Below are positions 38,001 through 46,829 of a DNA stretch of 56,513 nt, piece by piece (the first letter of the stretch is position 1; each line of letters opens with the position of its first letter). A program made the position numbers and the translations under genes. A model generated the notes under the pieces. The model did not search any database and had not been told where the DNA came from. It was given only the letters and a program-made list of their open reading frames with translations. The DNA is from an uncultured Nitratifractor sp. (lineage in GTDB: Bacteria > Campylobacterota > Campylobacteria > Campylobacterales > Sulfurovaceae): contig CAZCOI010000060.1 in the NCBI GenBank assembly GCA_964500335.1, forward strand, positions 1-56,513, in the 5' to 3' direction.

Positions 38001-39746
38001 ATGACTATTCTTATTGAGAAGTTATTTAAAGATGGTTTGCTCAATAAATCTAAATTAATAAACTTAGTAAAAAATAGTAAAAACAAAACTATCACACTAT
38101 ATAAATTAGTAGAAAATAGTTTAATAGAAAAAGAGAAGCTATATTCATATATTATTAATCAATTAAAAAAGGGCGAACTATCTTTTGAAGAGATTGATAA
38201 ATTAGATAGAGAAGATATTGATGTTGTTGATTTATATAAATATATTGCAAAAGAGTTTAATATAGAGTATGTAGATTTATCAGATCAAGAGATTGATAGT
38301 TCAGTATTTGATAAAATACCTATAACTATGCTTATAAAAAATAAAGCACTTGTAATAGAAGAAGATGATATGTATGTGCTTGTTGTGTTTGCTGATCCTT
38401 TAGATTTAGCCGCGCATGATGCTGTTGCAAGGTTTTTTAATAAAAAGATTTTAAAGGTAGGAATATCAAGATATTCTGATATAAAAGATAAATTATTGCA
38501 AGTAGAAACTTATGAGAGTTTGCAAAGTTATGTAGAAGAGATAAAAAAAGATTTAGAAACTAGTGCTGGAAGTGAAGAAGATGAATCTCCTGCGGTATTA
38601 AAATTGATTGAACTAATATTAAGAAGTTCAATTGCCGCAAGATCAAGCGATATTCATATAGAAGCGACAGAAAAAAACTGTATTGTAAGAAATAGGGTTG
38701 ATGGAATGTTGCAAGAGACATTTATATTTGATAAAAGTATTTTTGGACCTTTATCTTCAAGGATAAAGCTTTTGTCTCAGCTTGATATTGCAGAAAAGAG
38801 AAAGCCTCAAGATGGGAGATTTTCAACTACTGTTCTTGGTAAACCTTATGATTTTAGGGTTTCAACTTTGCCAACATTAATTGGTGAATCTATAGTAATG
38901 AGGATTTTGGATAAATCAAAAACCTTAATTACTCTTGAAGATATGGGAATGAATGATATAAGCTATAATAGATTTAAAGATGCAATTGCGGCACCTTATG
39001 GAATAGTTTTAGTTACAGGACCTACAGGAAGTGGTAAGACAACAACTTTATATGCATCATTAAATGCGATAAAGAGTATTAAAGATAAAATTATTACAGT
39101 TGAAGATCCTGTAGAGTATCAGATGGGCGGTATTCAGCAAGTTCAGGTTAATAATGCCGCAGGTCTTACATTTGCCGCGGCATTACGCTCTATTTTGCGT
39201 CAGGACCCAGATAAGATTATGATTGGTGAGATTAGGGATACTGAGACTTTAAGAATTGCAATTCAAGCGGCGATGACAGGACACTTGGTATTATCAACAC
39301 TACATACAAACGATGCAATTTCAGCAGTTTATAGGATGATAGATATGGGAATTGAGAGTTATTTGGTTAGTGGTTCATTAGTAGCAATTCAAGCTCAAAG
39401 ACTTGTTAGAAAGATTTGTCCACACTGCAAAATAGAAACAGAAGTACCAGCAAAACTATTAGATGGAATAAAAGATTTTCTTCCAAAAGGTATAAAACCT
39501 AAGTTTTATGAAGGAGAAGGGTGTAGGGAGTGTTTTGGTAGTGGTTATTCTGGTCGTGAGATGATATCTGAAGTTTTAAGTGTTAGTGCAGAGATGGCAA
39601 GAATGATTGCTGCAGGCGAACCAAAAGAGAAGCTAGAAAAACAAGCATTTAAGGAGGGGTTTAAGACAATGTTTAGTGATGGTATTGATAAAGCATTAGC
39701 TGGTAAAACCACAATAGAAGAAATTTATAGAGTTGCGAGGTTGTAA
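38001..39746 (+). CDS. GspE/PilB/MshE-family secretion ATPase (CtsE-like)
   Basis: Walker A GPTGSGKTTT, Asp box, Walker B IMIGEIRD, His box GHLVLSTLHTN, and a tetracysteine motif CPHC...CREC. Confidence 0.92.
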   Translation: MTILIEKLFKDGLLNKSKLINLVKNSKNKTITLYKLVENSLIEKEKLYSYIINQLKKGELSFEEIDKLDREDIDVVDLYKYIAKEFNIEYVDLSDQEIDSSVFDKIPITMLIKNKALVIEEDDMYVLVVFADPLDLAAHDAVARFFNKKILKVGISRYSDIKDKLLQVETYESLQSYVEEIKKDLETSAGSEEDESPAVLKLIELILRSSIAARSSDIHIEATEKNCIVRNRVDGMLQETFIFDKSIFGPLSSRIKLLSQLDIAEKRKPQDGRFSTTVLGKPYDFRVSTLPTLIGESIVMRILDKSKTLITLEDMGMNDISYNRFKDAIAAPYGIVLVTGPTGSGKTTTLYASLNAIKSIKDKIITVEDPVEYQMGGIQQVQVNNAAGLTFAAALRSILRQDPDKIMIGEIRDTETLRIAIQAAMTGHLVLSTLHTNDAISAVYRMIDMGIESYLVSGSLVAIQAQRLVRKICPHCKIETEVPAKLLDGIKDFLPKGIKPKFYEGEGCRECFGSGYSGREMISEVLSVSAEMARMIAAGEPKEKLEKQAFKEGFKTMFSDGIDKALAGKTTIEEIYRVARL

Positions 39747-39747
39747 T

Positions 39748-40989
39748 ATGTATTATAAAGTTGATTATATATTTCGTGGAAAGAAGATGAGTAGTGTTGT
39801 TAATGCACACAATAAAATAGAAGCATCAGCAATTGTAAAAAAAGAGAATCATGGAGTTGTAGTTGTAGGTACTAAAGAGACTGCGGCTCCTGTTTCTGAA
39901 ACATTTGAAGGAATTAAAAAGAGCTTTGAAGGTATGTTTAAACCAAAGCTTAAAATTGATGATAAAATAGCATTTATTAGACAAATTGCTACTATGACAG
40001 ATGCTGGTATTCCAATACATGATGTTTTAGAAGATATTGTAAAAAACTCTAAAAATAAACTTTTACAAGATATTTTATCTTCAGTAGCAAATGATATTAA
40101 TGCTGGTAAAAGTATGTCTCAAGCATTGCTTCCGCATAAAGAGCATATGGGACATATTGTTATGGCTATGACTGAACTTGGTGAACAGACTGGTAACTTT
40201 CCTGAAGCTTATCATGAGTTAGCAGATATTTTAGAAAATATTAGAGATAATCAAGTGAAGTTTAAAAAGGCTATGAGATATCCGAAAATGGTTATTGGAG
40301 CTTTAATTATAGCATTTGTAACAGTTATTATGACTGTTGTACCAAAATTTAGAGAGATATTTTCTCAGCTTGGGGCAGATTTGCCTGTAGCAACAAAATT
40401 TTTACTTAGTGCGGAGAGTTTTTTTAGAAATTATGGACCATATATAATTATAGTTATAGCTATAGCATTTTTTATGCAGAAACATTTTTATAAGACTAAT
40501 GAGGAGTATAGATATAAAATAGATAAAATTTTAGCTCATCCTAAATTTTATTTGATTGGAAGGCTTGTATATTTATCTAGTATATATAATTATAGTTTAG
40601 TATTTGGCTCTTTAATTAAAGCTGGTATTCCTGTATCTGAAGCATTAAAAACTTCTATCGGAGTGGTAGAGAATAGATATATGAGACAACAACTTGAAAG
40701 TATAAATATTAGTATTGGTAGAGGGGTTTCTTTATCTGAAGCATTTGAACAGACAGGTCTTTTTGAAGATATGACAATCCAGATGTTAAGAGCAGGTGAG
40801 AGTAGTGGACAGCTTGATAAAATGTTAGAAAAGATTAAAGGTTATTATAATATGCATTTCCAAAACTTAATTGATAACTTGTCTGCATATATTGAGCCTA
40901 TTATGATTGCATTAATTGCTGGTATGGTACTATTGCTTGCACTTGGAATATTTATGCCTATGTGGGATATGGGCAAAGCGGCAAAATAG
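39748..40989 (+). CDS. GspF/PilC/MshG-family inner-membrane platform protein (CtsF-like)
   Basis: Two T2SSF repeats, three TM segments, and a conserved C-terminal EP....L.G.VL....G..MP. Start at ATG 39748 (GCGAGG upstream), 1 nt after the ATPase stop. Confidence 0.9.
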   Translation: MYYKVDYIFRGKKMSSVVNAHNKIEASAIVKKENHGVVVVGTKETAAPVSETFEGIKKSFEGMFKPKLKIDDKIAFIRQIATMTDAGIPIHDVLEDIVKNSKNKLLQDILSSVANDINAGKSMSQALLPHKEHMGHIVMAMTELGEQTGNFPEAYHELADILENIRDNQVKFKKAMRYPKMVIGALIIAFVTVIMTVVPKFREIFSQLGADLPVATKFLLSAESFFRNYGPYIIIVIAIAFFMQKHFYKTNEEYRYKIDKILAHPKFYLIGRLVYLSSIYNYSLVFGSLIKAGIPVSEALKTSIGVVENRYMRQQLESINISIGRGVSLSEAFEQTGLFEDMTIQMLRAGESSGQLDKMLEKIKGYYNMHFQNLIDNLSAYIEPIMIALIAGMVLLLALGIFMPMWDMGKAAK

Positions 40990-40990
40990 A

Positions 40991-41710
40991 TTATAAAGAG
41001 TGCAGTTTAAGCGCTCTTTGTAAATCTTCTTTTGTATCTATTCCAAAACTATGGCTAATTACTTCTTTTAGAGCAATTTTATATCCATTTTCTAAGATTC
41101 TTAACTGTTCTAATTTTTCTAATTTTTCTAAATATGACTCTTTTATAGTACAAAACTTTTTTAATTTAGTATATGTAAATCCATACAATCCTAAATGAGC
41201 TTTATAGTTATTTATATTTTCATCTCGGTTATATGGAATTAAAGCTCTTGAAAAATATAGTGCAAAATCTTGATTATTTGTAACAACTTTTACAAGATTT
41301 GGATTGTTTGCATGATTAAAATCTACTATTTTATATAAAGATGTAGCGAGTACATCTTGATTATTTGCATAGTTTTTAGTTAAATTAAAAAGAGTTTTTA
41401 CCACATCTTTTTCTATAAAAGGTTCATCGGCTTGAACATTTATTATTATTTCATCTTTATTTAAATTTAGTTTTGTAGCGGCTTGGTAGATTCTATCTGT
41501 ACCAGAGTTGCAATCTTTGCTAGTTAAAATTGCTTCAAAATTATACTTTTTTGCAACTTGAACAACTTCATTTGAATCAGTTGCAATAACAACTTTATCT
41601 ATATCTTCTACAGCTTTTGCTGTCTTTATAACCATAGGCAAACCACCAATATCAGCTAAAACTTTATTTGGGAATCTACTTGATTGAACTCTTGCTGGTA
41701 TTATTATCAT
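40991..41710 (-). CDS. kdsB: 3-deoxy-manno-octulosonate cytidylyltransferase
   Basis: MIIIPARVQSSRFPNK, GTDR and NVQADEP motifs. Confidence 0.93.
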   Translation of the reverse strand: MIIIPARVQSSRFPNKVLADIGGLPMVIKTAKAVEDIDKVVIATDSNEVVQVAKKYNFEAILTSKDCNSGTDRIYQAATKLNLNKDEIIINVQADEPFIEKDVVKTLFNLTKNYANNQDVLATSLYKIVDFNHANNPNLVKVVTNNQDFALYFSRALIPYNRDENINNYKAHLGLYGFTYTKLKKFCTIKESYLEKLEKLEQLRILENGYKIALKEVISHSFGIDTKEDLQRALKLHSL

Positions 41711-41771
41711 TATTAACTCCTAAAGGGCAATTGGATATAATTATACATTATTTTGTAAAAAGGATTGTTTA

Positions 41772-43304
41772 ATGAGAGCACTACTAAGTGTTAGCGATAA
41801 AAGTAAGATTACTGAATTTGCAAAAGGTTTAGAGAAGTTGGGTTTTGAAATAATCTCTACTGGTGGAACATATAAAGTTTTAAAAGAGGCTGGAGTTAAT
41901 GTAATAGAGATAGATGAAGTTACAAAATTTCCTGAGTGTTTTGATGGTAGAGTAAAAACATTAAATCCATATGTTCATGGCGGTATTTTATATAAAAGAG
42001 ATAATAGCTCTCATCAAGAACAGGCAAAAGAGTTAAAAATTGAAGGTATAGATTTAGTTTGTGTAAATTTATATCCTTTTAAAGAGACAATTCAAAGAAC
42101 AGATGATTTTGATGAGATTATTGAAAATATAGATATTGGCGGTCCTACAATGGTTAGATCTGCGGCTAAAAACTTTCAAGATGTTTTAATTGTAACAGAT
42201 AGCAATGATTATGAGTTAGTATTAGAAGCAATTAAAGATAAAAAAGATACATTTGAATTTAGAAGAGATTTAATGATAAAAGCTTATGAGCATACAGCCG
42301 CATATGATAGTATGATAGCAAATTATATGAATTTAAGATTTAATGAAGGGTTTGGAGCAAAACAGTTTATTGTTGGGAATAAAGTATTTAATACAAGATA
42401 TGGAGAAAATCCTCATCAAAGTGGGGCTTTATATGAGTTTGAAGATTTCTTTTCTAGTAATTTTAAATCTATTAAAGGTGAAGCTAGTTTTAATAACTTA
42501 ACCGATATTAATGGTGCTGTAAAGATTGCTACAAGTTTTGGCAATAAAAATGCAGTTTGTATAGTAAAACATGGTAATCCTTGTGGTTTTGCTATAAAAG
42601 ATACTTTGCTAGAATCTTATACAGAGGCTCTTAAATGTGACCCAATTTCTGCATTTGGTGGAGTAGTTGCAGTAAATGGTGTAGTTGATTTAGAACTTGC
42701 AAAAAAGATGAATGAGATATTTTTAGAGGTTATTATTGCAGGAAACTTTACAAATGAGGCACTAGAAGAGTTTAATAAGAAAAAGAGATTAAAACTATTT
42801 AGTTTTGATAGTAATAAATTAAAGAGTGCTGGTGATAGATATGATTTTAAACATATTGATGGTGGATTTGTTTATCAAAATAGTGACTGCATTTGTGATA
42901 ATGAGGTAAAAAATGCAAAATGTGTAACTAGATTAGAGGCTTCTAAAGAGCAGTTAAATGATTTGGAAATTGCATGGAAAGTTGCAGGTTTAACAAAAAG
43001 CAATTGCGTAGTTTATGTAAAAGATGGTGCAATGGTAGCAGTTGGTATGGGTATGACAAGTAGGGTAGATGCGGCTCAATGTGCTATTAAAAAAGCAAAA
43101 GAGTTAGGTTTGTCAATTGAAGGTTCTAGTATGGCTAGTGAAGCATTCTTTCCATTTAGAGATTCGGTTGATGCCGCGGCAAGTGCTGGAGTTAAAGCTA
43201 TAATTGAACCAGGGGGAAGTATAAGAGATGATGAGGTAATTGAAGCGGCAAATGAGCATAATATCGCAATGTATTTTACAAGCGTTAGACACTTTTTGCA
43301 CTAA
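41772..43304 (+). CDS. purH: Bifunctional IMP cyclohydrolase / AICAR formyltransferase
   Basis: [12 protein letters not shown]-like start, STGGT, KTLNP.VHGGIL, NLYPF, and C-terminal GGSIRD...A.EH.IAM.FT..RHF.H. Confidence 0.95.
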   Translation: MRALLSVSDKSKITEFAKGLEKLGFEIISTGGTYKVLKEAGVNVIEIDEVTKFPECFDGRVKTLNPYVHGGILYKRDNSSHQEQAKELKIEGIDLVCVNLYPFKETIQRTDDFDEIIENIDIGGPTMVRSAAKNFQDVLIVTDSNDYELVLEAIKDKKDTFEFRRDLMIKAYEHTAAYDSMIANYMNLRFNEGFGAKQFIVGNKVFNTRYGENPHQSGALYEFEDFFSSNFKSIKGEASFNNLTDINGAVKIATSFGNKNAVCIVKHGNPCGFAIKDTLLESYTEALKCDPISAFGGVVAVNGVVDLELAKKMNEIFLEVIIAGNFTNEALEEFNKKKRLKLFSFDSNKLKSAGDRYDFKHIDGGFVYQNSDCICDNEVKNAKCVTRLEASKEQLNDLEIAWKVAGLTKSNCVVYVKDGAMVAVGMGMTSRVDAAQCAIKKAKELGLSIEGSSMASEAFFPFRDSVDAAASAGVKAIIEPGGSIRDDEVIEAANEHNIAMYFTSVRHFLH

Positions 43305-43321
43305 ATTATTAAAAACAGCTT

Positions 43322-43359
43322 AAAGTTGATTGACATTGACTAAACTTTTTTGATATAAT
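43322..43359 (+). promoter_or_regulatory. Candidate sigma-70 promoter of cbpA-hspR with embedded inverted repeat (possible HspR operator)
   Basis: TTGACA (43330-43335), 18 nt, then TATAAT (43354-43359). AAAGTTGA-N11-TAAACTTT (7 of 8 positions complementary) brackets the -35 and spacer. Tandem ATTGAC ATTGAC at 43329-43340. Confidence 0.45.
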
Positions 43360-43400
43360 ATCGCTAATTTTTTAGTAAATATAATATAAGGAGTAGGTCG

Positions 43401-44288
43401 ATGTCAAAAAGTTTATATGAGACCTTAGGGGTGAGCGAAAATGCTACACCCGAAGAGATTAAAAAAGCATATAGAAAATTAGCAAGAAAATATCATCCAG
43501 ATATTAATAAAACTCCAGAAGCTCAAGAGAAATTTAAAGAGATTAATGCTGCGTATGAAGTTTTAAGTGATCCAGAAAAAAAAGCTCAATATGATCAATT
43601 TGGTGATCAAATGTTTGGTGGTCAAAATTTCCATGACTTTGCTAGATCTCAAGGTGGCGAGGTAGATTTAGAAGAGATTTTAAGAGCTATGTTTGGCGGA
43701 GGATTTAGTGGAGGTTTTAGCAGTAGTAGTTCTGGATTTGGAAGTAGTGGATTTGGTACATCAGGATTTGGAGGTACAAGATATTCAGCACCAGATTTAG
43801 ATATTAAAACATCTATTACTGTTCCATTTATTACCTCTGTACTTGGCGGAAAACATCATATATCTTTAAATAATGGAGAGAGTTTTGATATTAAAATTCC
43901 AGCAGGTATAAAACCTGGAAAAACTTTAAGGGTTAGAGGTAAAGGAAAAAGTTATAATGGACAAAGAGGAGACCTTTTAATTGTTGTAAATGTTGCTCCT
44001 TCTCCAGAGTATGAAAGAAGAGGAGATGATTTATATAAAACTATAGATATACCTTTAAAAATAGCTTTATTTGGTGGTAAAATAGAGGTTGATACACCAG
44101 AAAAAAAAGTTACTCTAAAAGTTCCTAAAAACACAAAAAATGGTCAAAAATTTCGTTTAAAAGATAAAGGTTTCCCAAAGAGTGGAGGTGGTAAAGGAGA
44201 TATGTATTTAGTAGCAAATATTAAATTGCCAGATGTGGATACTCTTGATGAATCTTTAAAAGAGTGTCTAAAAAATTTACCAGAGTAG
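43401..44288 (+). CDS. cbpA: DnaJ-class co-chaperone / curved-DNA-binding protein CbpA (no zinc finger)
   Basis: J domain with KYHPD, a G/F/S-rich linker, DnaJ C-terminal domains, and no CxxCxGxG repeats. Followed by hspR as in Helicobacter/Campylobacter. Confidence 0.88.
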   Translation: MSKSLYETLGVSENATPEEIKKAYRKLARKYHPDINKTPEAQEKFKEINAAYEVLSDPEKKAQYDQFGDQMFGGQNFHDFARSQGGEVDLEEILRAMFGGGFSGGFSSSSSGFGSSGFGTSGFGGTRYSAPDLDIKTSITVPFITSVLGGKHHISLNNGESFDIKIPAGIKPGKTLRVRGKGKSYNGQRGDLLIVVNVAPSPEYERRGDDLYKTIDIPLKIALFGGKIEVDTPEKKVTLKVPKNTKNGQKFRLKDKGFPKSGGGKGDMYLVANIKLPDVDTLDESLKECLKNLPE

Positions 44289-44298
44289 GAGGTTTTAA

Positions 44299-44676
44299 AT
44301 GCATGGATATGATGAACCAGTATATTTAATAAGTATTGTATCTTCAATGTTAAATATTCACCCGCAAACTCTTAGGCAATATGAGAGAGACGGTTTAATA
44401 AAACCATCTCGTACACAAGGAAGAGTTAGGCTATACTCACAAAGAGACATAGATAAAATGAAAATGATTTTAAGATTAAGTAGAGAGCTTGGAGTTAATA
44501 TTGCTGGTATTGATGTAATTTTACGATTAAAAGAGCAAATGGAGCAGATGGAACAAGAGATAGAGTCTTTAAAAGAGGCATTAAGAGAGGTTAATAGGTT
44601 AGGTTCTGTTCCTAAAAGTAAAGCTGTAGTGAAAAAAAGTAGGTGTGATATTATTATTTTTGAAGAGAAGGATTAA
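44299..44676 (+). CDS. hspR: MerR-family heat-shock regulator HspR
   Basis: MerR wHTH (YLISIVSSMLNIHPQTLRQYERDGLIKPSRT) plus a coiled-coil tail. Lies directly downstream of cbpA. Confidence 0.88.
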   Translation: MHGYDEPVYLISIVSSMLNIHPQTLRQYERDGLIKPSRTQGRVRLYSQRDIDKMKMILRLSRELGVNIAGIDVILRLKEQMEQMEQEIESLKEALREVNRLGSVPKSKAVVKKSRCDIIIFEEKD

Positions 44677-44680
44677 TTTT

Positions 44681-45007
44681 ATGAACTATTCAAAAGAGAA
44701 AAGGGTATCTTTAAAAATTTATTGCGATAATACAGATACTTTTAACTCCAAACCTCTTTGGGAGTATATTTTAGATATTGCAAAAGAGTTAAATTTAAGA
44801 GGAGCTACTGTATATAAAGCGGTTGCAGGTATTGGTAGCCATAAAAGTATGCATAGATTTGATATATTAAATCTTTCAAATACAATGCCACTTGTTATAG
44901 AGATTATTGAATTAAAAGATAAAATTGAAGAGTTTTTAGATAGATTAGATATAAATTGTGAAGATACATTTATTACAATGCATGAAGTAGATATATTAAA
45001 ACCATAA
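44681..45007 (+). CDS. DUF190 (PII-like, CrcB-associated) protein
   Basis: GATVYKAVAGIGSH motif and a size of about 108 aa. Immediately upstream of crcB, the usual partner. Start at ATG 44681. Confidence 0.75.
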   Translation: MNYSKEKRVSLKIYCDNTDTFNSKPLWEYILDIAKELNLRGATVYKAVAGIGSHKSMHRFDILNLSNTMPLVIEIIELKDKIEEFLDRLDINCEDTFITMHEVDILKP

Positions 45008-45017
45008 AAGGTAGAGT

Positions 45018-45401
45018 ATGAATTTATATTTAATTATTTTTGTTGGGGTAGGTGGTTTTATTGGTGCAATTTTAAGATATTTAATATCTTTTTATATGCA
45101 AAAATTAGTTGGTTCATCTTTTGCTTATGGAACTTTAACTGTAAATATAGTAGGTAGTTTTATTATTGGATTTTTATATTTATATTTTGAACATATTATA
45201 TCTCCAAATATAAAAGCAATGCTAGTTACTGGAATGTTAGGAGCACTTACTACTTTTTCTACTTTTTCGTTAGAGACTATATTGATGGTTCAAGAGGGTT
45301 TAATATCAAAAGCTTTTTTAAATATTGTGTTAAATGTAATATTTGCACTTACTGGTACAGTTTTAGGAATGTTTATTTTTAAAAAGATTTATGGTATATA
45401 A
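45018..45401 (+). CDS. crcB: Fluoride channel CrcB/FluC
   Basis: 127 aa, four TM segments, with GG.GA..RY, GT..VN..GSF and GALTTFSTF motifs. Confidence 0.92.
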   Translation: MNLYLIIFVGVGGFIGAILRYLISFYMQKLVGSSFAYGTLTVNIVGSFIIGFLYLYFEHIISPNIKAMLVTGMLGALTTFSTFSLETILMVQEGLISKAFLNIVLNVIFALTGTVLGMFIFKKIYGI

Positions 45402-45435
45402 TAAATTTGTTATATATTATTAGTTTGAAATTTTT

Positions 45436-45594
45436 TTAAATATATTTTTCAAAAGGCTTAACAAATCTTTCAATCATATCTTCGGCTCTCTTTTTTGCTT
45501 GTTCTACAAAATGTTTTAAATACTCTCTTGCCCACTCTTCTTTAGTGCCATAAAAATTTTCTTTTAAATTAGATACATGAAACTGTATTTGCAT
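45436..45594 (-). CDS. Possible unannotated 52-aa ORF (MQIQFHVSNLKENFYGTKEEWAREYLKHFVEQAKKRAEDMIERFVKPFEKYI)
   Basis: Hand-translated from the minus strand of an otherwise empty 322-nt gap. Protein-like charged helical composition but a weak SD. Below the ORF-track size cut-off. Confidence 0.25.
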   Translation of the reverse strand: MQIQFHVSNLKENFYGTKEEWAREYLKHFVEQAKKRAEDMIERFVKPFEKYI

Positions 45595-45693
45595 AGCTGC
45601 TGCCCAATTTATATAAAGCTCTGAAGGATTGATTTTATAAAATCTATAAAATACTTGTTAGCAAAATAATATATAATCTTAGTTTAAATAGCT

Positions 45694-45711
45694 CTCCTAC
45701 ATTAGTAGGAG
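45694..45711 (-). terminator. Candidate hairpin downstream of rpiB
   Basis: CTCCTAC-ATTA-GTAGGAG, a perfect 7-bp stem 12 nt after the rpiB stop. The U-tract is weak. Confidence 0.4.
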
Positions 45712-45723
45712 TAAAGAAGTATT

Positions 45724-46164
45724 TTAGTTATTTTCTATTTCCATTATTTTTTTAACTCTTTCTTCATGGCGACCACCTTCTGGATTTGTTGTTATAAATG
45801 CATCAATTACACTTTCTACTACGCCTAAGCCTAATACTCTTTGTCCAAAGCATAATATTTGTGCATCGTTATGTGCTCTTGCCATTTGAGCTGTATAAGC
45901 ATCGTGACATAAAGCGGCACGAATGCCTTTTACTTTATTTGCTGAAATTGACATTCCTATACCTGTTCCGCAAATTAATATTCCAAAACTTCCTTTATCA
46001 TTTTTTACTGCTTCGGCACATTTTTTTGCATAGTCTGGATAATCTACTCTATTGGTGTTATATGGTCCTAAATCTTCTACTTCTATATTTTTATTTTTTA
46101 GAAGTTCAATAATAAACTCTTTATATTCAATTCCTGCATGATCTGTTGCTATATAAAATTTCAT
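45724..46164 (-). CDS. rpiB: Ribose-5-phosphate isomerase B
   Basis: MKFYIATDHAG, ILICGTGIGMSI.ANK and RAHNDAQILCFG motifs. Confidence 0.94.
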   Translation of the reverse strand: MKFYIATDHAGIEYKEFIIELLKNKNIEVEDLGPYNTNRVDYPDYAKKCAEAVKNDKGSFGILICGTGIGMSISANKVKGIRAALCHDAYTAQMARAHNDAQILCFGQRVLGLGVVESVIDAFITTNPEGGRHEERVKKIMEIENN

Positions 46165-46178
46165 AATAGTTCCTTTCT

Positions 46179-46829
46179 TTATGGTAAAATTAAGTCAAGT
46201 ATCCATCCTACTGGCATAAATAGTATATTTGAGAGTTGAGGAATAAATAAAATTCCAAATAGTATTATTATACCATATGGATATATTTTTTCGTATAACT
46301 CTACAAATTTATGCCATCTAAACTTTTGAGCTAGGTGTAGTAGTGCTAATGAGCCATCAAGAGGAGGTATTGGCCAAAGATTAAATACTGCTAACACAAC
46401 ATTTATCATAATACTTTGTGCTATAAATAGAGCTATAAATGCTGTTGTTAGAGTTTGAGGATGCTCAAACATTGGTAAGATTGTTGCAAAGAAAATTGCT
46501 AAAATTAGGTTATATGTAATACCTGCTAATGCAACAGCTATTGCTCCACCATAACCTCCATTTCTAATTACTGTATTTATATTAACTGGTACAGGTTTTG
46601 CCCATCCAAATAGAAAAGGAGCATTTGAAAAATATAATATTGCTGGTATTAAGATTGTCCCTACTAAATCTATATGAACTAATGGATTTATGCTAAGTCT
46701 TCCTTGGCTCTTTGCTGTGTTATCACCATATCTATATGCAATATATCCATGCATTATTTCATGCCCAATAATAGCAATTGCTAATGCTAAGATTGAAGCT
46801 ATTATTTTTAAAATCTCTATTTCACTCAT
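46179..46829 (-). CDS. Site-2 protease (M50) family membrane metalloprotease
   Basis: HEIMHG zinc motif in TM1, a polytopic membrane protein, with downstream NL.P..PLDG. Confidence 0.85.
   Translation of the reverse strand: MSEIEILKIIASILALAIAIIGHEIMHGYIAYRYGDNTAKSQGRLSINPLVHIDLVGTILIPAILYFSNAPFLFGWAKPVPVNINTVIRNGGYGGAIAVALAGITYNLILAIFFATILPMFEHPQTLTTAFIALFIAQSIMINVVLAVFNLWPIPPLDGSLALLHLAQKFRWHKFVELYEKIYPYGIIILFGILFIPQLSNILFMPVGWILDLILP

Noticed and set aside
40962-41198. 78-aa + strand ORF overlapping the end of the GspF-like gene and antisense to kdsB
   Set aside because: It is a shadow ORF in AT-rich sequence. kdsB on the opposite strand has clear family motifs.
43401-44288. Second J-domain gene as a duplication or mobile copy of dnaJ (1040-2167)
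   Set aside because: They are ancient paralogues with different architectures: dnaJ has a zinc finger, while cbpA has none and is paired with hspR. There is no nucleotide-level repeat.
44600-45020. Fluoride riboswitch upstream of DUF190-crcB
   Set aside because: The only non-coding space is 4-10 nt. The hspR 3' region shows nothing resembling the conserved crcB-motif core, although I could not run a covariance model.
45798-46112. 104-aa + strand ORF inside rpiB
   Set aside because: It is antisense to a strongly supported rpiB and has a Leu/Phe-rich nonsense-like composition.
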